Below, piece after piece: positions 17,982 to 26,444 of a stretch of DNA of 59,960 bases. Position 1 is the first letter of the stretch. Each line of letters begins with the position of its first letter. Origin of the DNA: a virus (taxonomy: Duplodnaviria > Caudoviricetes); IMG/VR virus record IMGVR_UViG_3300034374_009468, positions 1-59,960 of that record; one strand, 5' to 3'. The translations under genes and the position numbers were made by a program. The notes below the pieces were generated by a model. That model was given only the letters and a program-made list of their open reading frames with translations. It was not told the origin of the DNA and searched no databases.

Positions 17982-19004
17982 ATGGGTTACAAAAGACCAA
18001 CACAAACTACAGAGAGTGCGTTAATAAATTCTGCATTACCACAACACGGTAATACTTATACAGTTATATCTCACGAGAGTATAATTAATACAGTAAAAAG
18101 GTTATTAGAAGCTAATAACCTTAGTATTGTAAACACTACTTATATTGCTAATTATAAGTCTCAAGTTGCTCAAGCTTTTTATCATGTTGAACCTAATGAT
18201 TATGAATTAGAAGATGCTAATTTAAACATGATGTTTACATGGACTAATTCTTATGATAAGACTGTAAGATTTCAATGTTCTTTAGGTGCAGTTACAAAAA
18301 GAACTAAAAATCATATAGTAACTGATAATATAAGTTTTGCCAGAAAACACACAGGCACAGCTGATGAAGAAATGGAATCTCAAATTGAAAATCAAATCAA
18401 ATTTTCTAAAATGTATTTTGATAAGATTGTTAAACTTAAACAAGCTTTAATCAAAATTCAATTATCGGAAAGAGAAAGATCTGAAATTTTAGGAAGATTG
18501 TATTTTGATGAAGAGATTTTAGAAACAAATCAATTAACTGTATTAAAGAAATATCTTCAAGAGGGATATGAAAACTATCCTACTTCTAATGCTTGGGTAT
18601 TTTACAATAGTATTGTAGATGCTATGAAAACAAGTCATCCTAGAAACTGGTTAAAAGATAACTCAAATTTAAACAGATTCTTCTATGATAATGTTATAGA
18701 ACAACATACAATAGAAAATATAAAAGATGCTGAAACTGTACCATTACCAGTTTTTGAAAATGAGGCAACTGAAGAAGAAGTTGTTGATATGTTGTATGGA
18801 GTATCTGATGACAATGAAGTAATTTCTAAACCTTCTTTTGATAGTTTAGATATTGAAGAAGATGATGTTATTCAGTTAGATGAAGAACTTCTTGAGAGTT
18901 TAGAATCTTATATTGATGAGGAAAGTGAAAACTTAGAACAAGTAAAAGAAGAAATGAGCTTTCTAGATGATGAAGAAGATGACGATTTTATTATGTTTAT
19001 ATAG
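17982..19004 (+). CDS. DUF932-like protein with long acidic tail (start moved to ATG 17982)
   Basis: Y.VISH, NSYDKT, RKHTG, NAW.FYN motifs; last ~90 aa very Asp/Glu-rich. Confidence 0.7.
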   Translation: MGYKRPTQTTESALINSALPQHGNTYTVISHESIINTVKRLLEANNLSIVNTTYIANYKSQVAQAFYHVEPNDYELEDANLNMMFTWTNSYDKTVRFQCSLGAVTKRTKNHIVTDNISFARKHTGTADEEMESQIENQIKFSKMYFDKIVKLKQALIKIQLSERERSEILGRLYFDEEILETNQLTVLKKYLQEGYENYPTSNAWVFYNSIVDAMKTSHPRNWLKDNSNLNRFFYDNVIEQHTIENIKDAETVPLPVFENEATEEEVVDMLYGVSDDNEVISKPSFDSLDIEEDDVIQLDEELLESLESYIDEESENLEQVKEEMSFLDDEEDDDFIMFI

Positions 19005-19036
19005 TTGCTGTAATAAGAGTGTATGAAATAGTTAGT

Positions 19037-19070
19037 GAGGTGCGGTCTACAACAGACTGCACCTCTTTTT
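19037..19070. terminator. terminator between convergent gene blocks
   Basis: GAGGTGCGGTCT-ACAAC-AGACTGCACCTC followed by TTTTT. Confidence 0.85.
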
Positions 19071-19072
19071 AT

Positions 19073-19297
19073 TTAAGGGTAAGTCCAACCTCCCATTTTG
19101 TATTTAGGGTTTTTTGCAACCTTTTTTTTTGTCATACCTCCCATTTTATACATCTCACTACCTCTTCCAGCTTGACGTATTCTTTCAACAAAAGGATCTG
19201 ACATGTCCATAGAACCACCTCCCATTTGCATTTCTGTTAAGAATGAAGGACTATAACCTTTCATTCCTCCATAACCATATTTCTTTTTACCGTACAT
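19073..19297 (-). CDS. small basic Gly/Met-rich protein with repeated xxGG motifs
   Basis: YGYGG, MQMGG, YKMGG x2; ends at terminator. Confidence 0.75.
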   Translation of the reverse strand: MYGKKKYGYGGMKGYSPSFLTEMQMGGGSMDMSDPFVERIRQAGRGSEMYKMGGMTKKKVAKNPKYKMGGWTYP

Positions 19298-19308
19298 AAG
19301 TTTAAAAT

Positions 19309-19980
19309 TTAAATAGATCTAAAAGACATTATGGCTCCAGTAATCATTGTGTTTAAACCACTTGAAGTATGAATCCATAATTCTAATATACCTTCTTTTA
19401 TATTATATTGTTCGAAAAATAATTTTTTAATTGTATTAGTATCTTTAAATTCTCTTTCAAATTTGGTCCAAGCTACATCTAAATGACCATGATTAGCTGT
19501 AGTTTCTAAAGGAGCAGCTCCAACATTTGCACTACTCATGAGTTCTAAAAAGTTAAAAGGGTTATTAGGATCTACTAATCTAACACTCCAATTAACTGAC
19601 TCAGTAAATTCTGTAACACAAGTTAATCTTAATTGTAATTCTAAATCTCTTTCTAATATATCATTAAGATGTAATACTGGATAGACAGCGGTTGGTTCCC
19701 ATTTTGCAGATATAGTGTTTGTATAAAACCAATTTGGTGAACTGTCAGGATAATCTGTTGTAGTAGGAACAGGAACAGCTATTGTTTTATCAAAATTTAC
19801 TCTTGGTACTAAATCATCTACATTAATAAGTAATACCTCCCTATCAGGTTGAGATGACAATACTCTTAAAGGGTTAGGTTTTCTTTTCCTACCCAAAATC
19901 AGTACATCTTGATCTTCTTTCTCTTTAACTATAAGTTTTCTCTTAAAAAGATTTAATATGTCTTGTAATATGTGATTCAT
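19309..19980 (-). CDS. hypothetical protein, possibly structural
   Basis: 223-aa ORF in minus-strand cassette. Confidence 0.75.
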   Translation of the reverse strand: MNHILQDILNLFKRKLIVKEKEDQDVLILGRKRKPNPLRVLSSQPDREVLLINVDDLVPRVNFDKTIAVPVPTTTDYPDSSPNWFYTNTISAKWEPTAVYPVLHLNDILERDLELQLRLTCVTEFTESVNWSVRLVDPNNPFNFLELMSSANVGAAPLETTANHGHLDVAWTKFEREFKDTNTIKKLFFEQYNIKEGILELWIHTSSGLNTMITGAIMSFRSI

Positions 19981-20078
19981 ATACAGCTTTTTGATTTACA
20001 GCATAAATCTTTACGGCAGTAACCTAAACAAATTTTACCTTTTGTAATCCAACGAATGAATAAGCATAAATGTCTCAT
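19977..20078 (-). CDS. 33-aa Cys-rich peptide (not in ORF track)
   Basis: MRHLCLFIRWITKGKICLGYCRKDLCCKSKSCI*; ATGA overlaps with both neighbours. Confidence 0.7.
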   Translation of the reverse strand: MRHLCLFIRWITKGKICLGYCRKDLCCKSKSCI

Positions 20079-20293
20079 GATTCTTTATTTTTAAATAAAC
20101 CTAATGTTATACCTTCTAATAAACTATTTTTAGCCCACAAAAACACCCAACCTAATAATGAAACAGGGAGAATGCTTGCGAAAATGCTAAAATCTTTTTC
20201 ATAAAATATATTCATAATAACCATTGTAAAAGATGCCAATAGAAATAATAATCCTATTACTGATGTAGCACCTTCTCTCAATCTATTCTTCAT
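20075..20293 (-). CDS. two-TM membrane protein, holin candidate (start moved to MKNRLRE)
   Basis: Two hydrophobic helices, short charged termini. Confidence 0.6.
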   Translation of the reverse strand: MKNRLREGATSVIGLLFLLASFTMVIMNIFYEKDFSIFASILPVSLLGWVFLWAKNSLLEGITLGLFKNKES

Positions 20294-20531
20294 TTTTTTT
20301 TCTACCTTTTCTTTTGTTACCAAATAGTGCCTTAAATACATCACCAATTTGGTCAAGCAATTCTACAAAAGCTTTTACAACGTCTGATATTTCTTTAAAT
20401 AGATTTTTACCAAAACATTTTAAATCTGCATACCATTTTTTTAATTTCATAACTATTTTAGTTTTTATTAACCATGTCCATCCCTTACTTAAAGAAAATG
20501 TCCATAAAATTTTTAAAAATCTTTTGATCAT
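20283..20531 (-). CDS. amphipathic basic hypothetical protein
   Basis: ORF tightly packed in cassette; Trp/Lys-rich amphipathic helices. Confidence 0.6.
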   Translation of the reverse strand: MIKRFLKILWTFSLSKGWTWLIKTKIVMKLKKWYADLKCFGKNLFKEISDVVKAFVELLDQIGDVFKALFGNKRKGRKKNEE

Positions 20532-20532
20532 A

Positions 20533-20847
20533 TTATATGTTTTTTAATCTATCATTTTCTTTTTCTAAAAAAGCTACTTTAATACGCAGCTCACTAACTT
20601 CTTTAGTTAAATCTAAAATTTGTTGTCTCATTTCATCTTTCTCAAGAGAACTCTCTTCAAGAAGTGTTTCTAATTTATTAACTCTATTTTTTAAATCGTC
20701 TCTATACAAATTAGATTCTTTACGTTCTGAAATACTATTTTCAATTTTAAGTTTCATTCTATTCTCATAGAACCTCCAACCTCCTGCTGAAAATAGTACA
20801 GTTATTAGAGTTACAATAATTGTTGTTAAGTTATCAGGGGTTTCCAT
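20533..20847 (-). CDS. TM + coiled-coil protein (lysis-cassette type)
   Basis: N-terminal TM (IIVTLITVLFSAGGW) then heptad-rich C-terminus. Confidence 0.7.
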   Translation of the reverse strand: METPDNLTTIIVTLITVLFSAGGWRFYENRMKLKIENSISERKESNLYRDDLKNRVNKLETLLEESSLEKDEMRQQILDLTKEVSELRIKVAFLEKENDRLKNI

Positions 20848-21211
20848 GTTTTATGCTTTTTCTATAATAATGATTAAGAATTCTCCTAGAATTAAAAAAA
20901 GCACTTATAGATAATATAAACCAAAACCAGTGTGTAGGACAATTATAATCACCATTTCTAAAAAACAACATTACAGCTACAATTGACATTATAAATGTAC
21001 TTACTGACATTGTTTTTCTTATCTTTAAGGATAAAAATAATGTACTATATAAACTGCAAAAACCTATAATAATACTTACAAACACCATAAAATTACTACC
21101 ATGCTCTAAAGTATAAGAGATAGGAAAGAATATTAACCAAATTATTCCGTGTAGTATTTCTGTAGGTTCTGAATCATAAAAAGTTAATATCTTATTTAAT
21201 CTAGAAATCAT
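20834..21211 (-). CDS. multi-pass membrane protein
   Basis: About four hydrophobic segments in 125 aa. Confidence 0.7.
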   Translation of the reverse strand: MISRLNKILTFYDSEPTEILHGIIWLIFFPISYTLEHGSNFMVFVSIIIGFCSLYSTLFLSLKIRKTMSVSTFIMSIVAVMLFFRNGDYNCPTHWFWFILSISAFFNSRRILNHYYRKSIKHGNP

Positions 21212-21235
21212 GTGATATTATTTAAGTGCACATAA

Positions 21236-21257
21236 ATAATATACAAATAAATATTTA
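21236..21257 (-). promoter_or_regulatory. candidate phage late promoter (copy 1)
   Basis: Minus strand TAAATATTTATTTGTATATTAT, near-identical to 58403-58425; heads a minus-strand gene block. Confidence 0.5.
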
Positions 21258-21285
21258 TTTTTAATAACTTAAACACAGTTAAATT

Positions 21286-21477
21286 ATGGAAAAGGTTAAT
21301 AAAACCACATTCAAGAGAAAGATTTATGTTACTCTATTACCACCAGAAATCTTATTTGGTATCAAGACTTTAAATTGTAAAGTTTTAGCAGAAGATGATG
21401 TTTATAGACCTATGTATGGGTTAGAAATAGGCTTCATTTTTTTCACTATTACATTCTTACATATTTCTTGGAAATGA
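21286..21477 (+). CDS. hypothetical protein
   Basis: ORF with hydrophobic C-terminus, followed by terminator. Confidence 0.6.
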   Translation: MEKVNKTTFKRKIYVTLLPPEILFGIKTLNCKVLAEDDVYRPMYGLEIGFIFFTITFLHISWK

Positions 21478-21500
21478 TTTAAAATTTCTGTAAATTAGAT

Positions 21501-21529
21501 AATAGCTGCTATATTGCAGCTATTTTTTT
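21501..21529 (+). terminator. intrinsic terminator
   Basis: AATAGCTGC-TATATT-GCAGCTATT followed by T run. Confidence 0.7.
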
Positions 21530-21547
21530 CCTCTATAAACTATAAGT

Positions 21548-22528
21548 ATGAATAAGAACATTTTTGCTCCGAGAGAGCATATACTTCCCTATGAGTATCC
21601 TCAACTACTCAAATACAAGGATGCTATTAGACACTCTTATTGGATTGATACTGAATACAATTTCACCACTGACATTAATGATTTTAAAGTAAATGTTAGT
21701 GATGTAGAGAAGTCTGTAATCAAGAAGACAATGTTAGCTATTGCTCAAATTGAAGTCAATGTAAAAACATTTTGGGGTGACTTATATAAACATATGCCTA
21801 TTACAGAAATAGGTGATGTAGGTTATACTTTTGCAGAGTCCGAAGTAAGACACAAAGATGCTTATGCTAGATTATTAAGAATACTTGGCTTAGAAGAAGA
21901 GTTCAGGAATGTTGTTAAAATTCCTGCTATTAAAGGGAGAATTGAATATTTGAATAAATATCTATATCATTCTAAGTCAAGTAACCCTTTGCTTTATACT
22001 AAATCTATTTTATTGTTTTCATTATTTGTAGAACATGTATCTCTATTCAGTCAGTTTCTAATAATGATGTCCTTTAATAAACACAAAACAATATTTAAAG
22101 GTATATCAAATGTAGTAGAAGCTACAAGCAAAGAAGAAAACATACATGGTAATTTTGGAGCTGAATTAATCAACATCATTAAAAAAGAAAACCCAGATTG
22201 GTTTGATGATAAATTTAATGATATGGTAATTCAAGCTTCTAAAAAAGCATATGATGCTGAGTGTGGTATTTTAGATTGGATTTTTGAAGAAGGAGAACTG
22301 GAATTTTTGTCTGTTAATACTATTAAAGAATTTATTAAAAATAGATTTAATAATTCTCTTAAAATTTTAGGTATAAATCCTATTTTTGGAACAGATCCTA
22401 AAGAAATAGATAAAACAATGTGGTTTGATGTTGAAATTACATCAACTAAAGAAGGTGATTTCTTTTATAAAAGACAAATTGATTATAATAAAAAAAGCAA
22501 AAGTATAACAGCAGATGACTTATTCTAA
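21548..22528 (+). CDS. nrdB: ribonucleotide reductase class I beta subunit (class Id-like)
   Basis: Ferritin-like ligands QIE, ESEVRH..AY, VEH, EENIH; C-terminal DFF...DY...DDLF. Confidence 0.92.
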   Translation: MNKNIFAPREHILPYEYPQLLKYKDAIRHSYWIDTEYNFTTDINDFKVNVSDVEKSVIKKTMLAIAQIEVNVKTFWGDLYKHMPITEIGDVGYTFAESEVRHKDAYARLLRILGLEEEFRNVVKIPAIKGRIEYLNKYLYHSKSSNPLLYTKSILLFSLFVEHVSLFSQFLIMMSFNKHKTIFKGISNVVEATSKEENIHGNFGAELINIIKKENPDWFDDKFNDMVIQASKKAYDAECGILDWIFEEGELEFLSVNTIKEFIKNRFNNSLKILGINPIFGTDPKEIDKTMWFDVEITSTKEGDFFYKRQIDYNKKSKSITADDLF

Positions 22529-24140
22529 ATATTACTGGTTAAATAATGACAGTAGAAATTTTTTAAAAAACGGATATACTAAATTAGATCCTGTAGAAAG
22601 AATTAAAGAAATAGCTTTAAAAGCTGAGATAAATTTAGGCATAAAAGGTTTTGCAAATAAATTTGAAGACTATATGGCTAAAGGTTTTTATTCTTTATCT
22701 ACTCCCGTATGGGTAAATTATGGTACAAAGAAAGGTTTACCTATAAGTTGTTATGGTTCTTCAGTAGAAGATGACATGTATGATATTTTAAACGGAGCTG
22801 TTGAAATAGGTATGATGTCTAAATACGGTGGAGGTACAAGCAAGTACTTAGGTAATATAAGACCAAGAGGTTCTTCTATAAAATCAGGAGGTAAAGCTGA
22901 TGGTCCAGTACACTATGCTTCCATATATGATACTGTTATTGATGTATGTAAACAAGCTGAAGCAAGAAGAGGAGCTTGTGCAGTGTATTTACCATTAGAA
23001 CATCCAGATATTTTAGAATTTTTAGATATTGCTACAGAAGGTAATCCTATACAAAATTTACAATATGGAGTTACAGTAGAAGATGAATGGTTAAACTCTA
23101 TGATTGAAGGTGATGAGATTAAAAGGAAAATTTGGGCTAAAGTAATTCAAAGAAGAAATGAAATTGGATTGCCATATATAATGTTCAAAGATAATTCTAA
23201 TAATAATACACCTTATAAAGATTTAGGGTTTGAAATTAAAGCTAGTAATTTATGTTCTGAAATACAATTACCTGCTGATGATGAGATTTCTTTCGTATGC
23301 TGTTTAGGTTCTATAAATCTTTTGCATTGGGATGATATTGTAAAAACTGATGCTATTGAAACCTATGTTCAATTCTTAAATGCTGTAATGAATGAGTTTA
23401 TAAATAAAGCTTGTGCTTTACCAGGTATGGAAAAAGCATATGAATTTGCTTTAAAACATAGAGCTATAGGTTTAGGTGTTTTAGGATGGCATTCTTTGTT
23501 ACAATCTAAATTAATACAATTTGAATCTTTAGAAGCTAAAAGTTTAAACAATAAAATTTTTAAAATTATTAAAGAAAGAAGTGATGCTGAATCTCAAAGA
23601 TTATATAGATATCACGGTTTTAGATGTATAAGAAAAGGTTTTGCTAATACTACACTTCTTGCAATAGCTCCTACTAAATCAAGTTCATTCATATTAGGTC
23701 AGGTTAGCATGGGTATAGAACCTATCAAATCAAATTACTTTATTAAAGATTTAGCTAAATCTAAAACAGTTTACAAAAATCCATTCTTAGAATTAGAGTT
23801 AGAAAAATATGACTTGAATACTCCTGAAGTATGGGATAGCATTCTAAAAAAAGATGGATCAGTACAACATTTAGATTTTCCAACTAAAGCTGTATTTAAA
23901 TCGTTTATTGAAATTTCTCCTAAAGAAATAATTATACAAGCTGCACAAAGACAAAAATATATTGACCAATCACAGTCTTTGAATTTAACAATACATCCTT
24001 CAACCCCTGCTAAAGATATAAATCAATTATATCTGTATGCTTGGAAAGAAGGTATTAAAACTTTGTATTATCAATATAGTCAAAGTGCTGCTCAATCTTT
24101 TAGTAGAAATATTTTAGAATGTGTAAACTGCGAATCATGA
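22515..24140 (+). CDS. nrdA: ribonucleotide reductase class I alpha subunit, compact, no ATP cone
   Basis: STP, PISC, GGG, RRGA, NLCSEI, APTKSSS, KTLYY, C-terminal CVNC. Confidence 0.95.
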   Translation: MTYSKYYWLNNDSRNFLKNGYTKLDPVERIKEIALKAEINLGIKGFANKFEDYMAKGFYSLSTPVWVNYGTKKGLPISCYGSSVEDDMYDILNGAVEIGMMSKYGGGTSKYLGNIRPRGSSIKSGGKADGPVHYASIYDTVIDVCKQAEARRGACAVYLPLEHPDILEFLDIATEGNPIQNLQYGVTVEDEWLNSMIEGDEIKRKIWAKVIQRRNEIGLPYIMFKDNSNNNTPYKDLGFEIKASNLCSEIQLPADDEISFVCCLGSINLLHWDDIVKTDAIETYVQFLNAVMNEFINKACALPGMEKAYEFALKHRAIGLGVLGWHSLLQSKLIQFESLEAKSLNNKIFKIIKERSDAESQRLYRYHGFRCIRKGFANTTLLAIAPTKSSSFILGQVSMGIEPIKSNYFIKDLAKSKTVYKNPFLELELEKYDLNTPEVWDSILKKDGSVQHLDFPTKAVFKSFIEISPKEIIIQAAQRQKYIDQSQSLNLTIHPSTPAKDINQLYLYAWKEGIKTLYYQYSQSAAQSFSRNILECVNCES

Positions 24141-24577
24141 GATATTTTTTACTCCTCTTTGTTTTATTTTTTTTAGGGTGTTTAACTGAACAACGTGCAC
24201 AAAAACAAATAATTAAAATACAAGAAAAACATCCTAGATTATTTCAAAATGATACATCTTATATTTATAAAATAGATACTTTTGAAATTGAAATACCTAG
24301 TTATATATTAGATACTATATTACCTATAAGAGATACAGTAATTGTAGAGAATGAAAGAATCAAAACTATAATTAAAATAGTTAATAGAGATACTATTCCT
24401 CATTACTTTATAAATTCAGAAATAAAAGGAACCAAAGTACCAGTCATAGTTAGAGATACTGTACCTGTTATTAAAACAGAAATAATAACTAAAACAGAAT
24501 ATGAAAAATATGTTCCATGGTATGTATGGATGGCTTTTGTTTTTATAATTTTTGCTGTAGCAAAACTTAAAGAATAA
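24137..24577 (+). CDS. lipoprotein with C-terminal TM, unimolecular spanin candidate
   Basis: Signal MRYFLLLFVLFFLG-C lipobox; beta-rich middle; C-terminal helix PWYVWMAFVFIIFAVAK; ATGA overlap with nrdA. Confidence 0.65.
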   Translation: MRYFLLLFVLFFLGCLTEQRAQKQIIKIQEKHPRLFQNDTSYIYKIDTFEIEIPSYILDTILPIRDTVIVENERIKTIIKIVNRDTIPHYFINSEIKGTKVPVIVRDTVPVIKTEIITKTEYEKYVPWYVWMAFVFIIFAVAKLKE

Positions 24578-24598
24578 TTTTTAATCAAAATTTAAATT

Positions 24599-25144
24599 AT
24601 GTTATTTTCAAAAAAAATCAAAGTTGAATTAGTAGATCCAAGTCTTAGTCAGTTTGAACCTTTTTTAAAAAAAGGTACAATCAATTCGAGCGGTTATGAT
24701 TTAAAAGCTATTTCAATTAAAGGTATGTATCACCACAATAACAACAAAATTAATGTTACAAATAGTGGTGATTTAATGGCAAATACAATGTTTAAGAAAA
24801 ACGGTTATTATGATTTACCTCCTGGCAAAAGAATCTTAATAGGTACTAATGTAAAGTTTCAGTTTCCTAAAAATGTTGAAGCTGAAGTAAGAAGTAGATC
24901 ATCTTTACCTTTTAAAAAAGGTTTAATCTTAGCAAATGGTGTAGGTACTATTGATAATGACTATATAGGAGAAGTTAAAGTAGCTTTGATTAATACCAGT
25001 GGTGTATCAGTAAGAATAACACAAGGTGAAAGAATAGCTCAAATTCTATTTAAAAAATCATATAATCCTGACATTGAATATGTTAAAAAAATAGATGTAG
25101 AAACTAAAAGAGGATCTGGCGGTTTTGGTAGTACAGGTTCTTAA
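24599..25144 (+). CDS. dut: trimeric dUTPase
   Basis: SGYDL, RSRSS, GTIDNDYIGE, RIAQ, RGSGGFGSTG. Confidence 0.95.
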   Translation: MLFSKKIKVELVDPSLSQFEPFLKKGTINSSGYDLKAISIKGMYHHNNNKINVTNSGDLMANTMFKKNGYYDLPPGKRILIGTNVKFQFPKNVEAEVRSRSSLPFKKGLILANGVGTIDNDYIGEVKVALINTSGVSVRITQGERIAQILFKKSYNPDIEYVKKIDVETKRGSGGFGSTGS

Positions 25145-25154
25145 TAATATTTTT

Positions 25155-25183
25155 AAAGAGGAGTTGATACTCCTCTTTTTTTT
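25155..25183 (+). terminator. intrinsic terminator
   Basis: AAAGAGGAGT-TGAT-ACTCCTCTTT plus T run. Confidence 0.8.
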
Positions 25184-25201
25184 AAAATTAAATTTTTAAA
25201 T

Positions 25202-25435
25202 ATGAAATCTATTAAAATAGGTAGAGAAGAATATGATATATTTTCTGGAGATTATATATTAGACAATGGAGCTGTATTTCAATTTTGTTCAGGAGATAAT
25301 CGTGTATTAAAACAAAAAAATTTTAGTAATTACAGATCTTTAAGGATACCAAAAAGTAGGCTTAAAGAAATTCCATTTAATAACATGAAAAAAAAAACTT
25401 ACCCAAACGGTAATGTTAAATATTTTTTTGATTGA
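25202..25435 (+). CDS. hypothetical protein
   Basis: 77-aa ORF between dut and thyX. Confidence 0.65.
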   Translation: MKSIKIGREEYDIFSGDYILDNGAVFQFCSGDNRVLKQKNFSNYRSLRIPKSRLKEIPFNNMKKKTYPNGNVKYFFD

Positions 25436-25453
25436 AATTTTAAATATAAAAAG

Positions 25454-26407
25454 ATGTATAAAGCAGAAATTATTGAAGATAGTCTATCTCCAAAAGGGGA
25501 TAGACTTACTACATTTGTTGTAGTATTTCCACGTATAGTACTAGCTGAGTTTAATACTCATAGAATGTTTTCTAGAAACAGTGCAAGTTCAAGAGCTATA
25601 CCATTAAAAAAAATGGTTAAAATGGTACAAGAAAATCCTTTTATTCCTATTGCATGGCAAGAAAATCATATAGGTATGCAAGGATTTAACTATTTAACAG
25701 ATCAATTAGAAATAGATTTAGCAGTAAGTAATTGGCTTGAAGCTAGAGATAGTGCTTTAGATTCAGCAATTAATCTTAATAGTCAAAGTAATGTAACTAA
25801 ACAACTTTGTAATAGACTTCTTGAACCATTCATGTGGCATAAAGTAATTATTACTTCTAGTAAAGAGGGTTTACAAAACTTTTTTAAACTAAGATGTCCT
25901 AGTTATTTTGGAAAGTATAAAAGCTGGAAAGATGCTTGTGTAGTTAATGGTAGTTTAGATTTTAATGCTTCTACATTAGAACGCTTAGAAAACAATAAAT
26001 CACAAGCAGATATTCATATTCAAGCTATTGCTGAGTTAATGTGGGATGCATATAATGAGAGTACACCTAAAAATTTAAAAGAAGGTGATTGGCATTTACC
26101 TTTTAGTAATAATATTGATTGGGGTAAATTATATCCAGAAACTCAGCCAGATTTAGATAATGTAACAGCTTTACAAGTAGCTCATGATAAACTTATAAAA
26201 ATATCTGTTGCTAGATGTGCTAGAATTAGTTATCAAACCTTAGGTGATAATCCTGTAATAGATTATGAAAAAGATATAGATTTATTTTATAAACTTAAAA
26301 ATAGTGAGCACTGGTCACCTTTTGAACATATAGCTAAAGCTACTGATACTAGTGATTGGGACAGAAACTTTAAAGGTTTTAAACAACTAAGATCAATTTT
26401 AGATTAA
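25454..26407 (+). CDS. thyX: FAD-dependent thymidylate synthase, phage type
   Basis: THRMFSRNSASSR signature, ARCARISY, HWSPFEH. Confidence 0.9.
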   Translation: MYKAEIIEDSLSPKGDRLTTFVVVFPRIVLAEFNTHRMFSRNSASSRAIPLKKMVKMVQENPFIPIAWQENHIGMQGFNYLTDQLEIDLAVSNWLEARDSALDSAINLNSQSNVTKQLCNRLLEPFMWHKVIITSSKEGLQNFFKLRCPSYFGKYKSWKDACVVNGSLDFNASTLERLENNKSQADIHIQAIAELMWDAYNESTPKNLKEGDWHLPFSNNIDWGKLYPETQPDLDNVTALQVAHDKLIKISVARCARISYQTLGDNPVIDYEKDIDLFYKLKNSEHWSPFEHIAKATDTSDWDRNFKGFKQLRSILD

Positions 26408-26412
26408 ACAAA

Positions 26413-26441
26413 AACAGCATCTGTGTTAAACAGATGCTGTT
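26413..26441. terminator. terminator at convergence of early/middle and late blocks
   Basis: Perfect 12-bp stem AACAGCATCTGT/ACAGATGCTGTT; A run on left gives U tract for the minus transcript. Confidence 0.85.
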
Positions 26442-26444
26442 ATA

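Noticed and set aside
469-24588. Short minus-strand ORFs opposite + strand genes (469, 3712, 4217, 4866, 6100, 7200, 7511, 8462, 10297, 11325, 13684, 17307, 23369, 24403)
   Set aside because: Antisense shadows of well-supported genes, no motifs.
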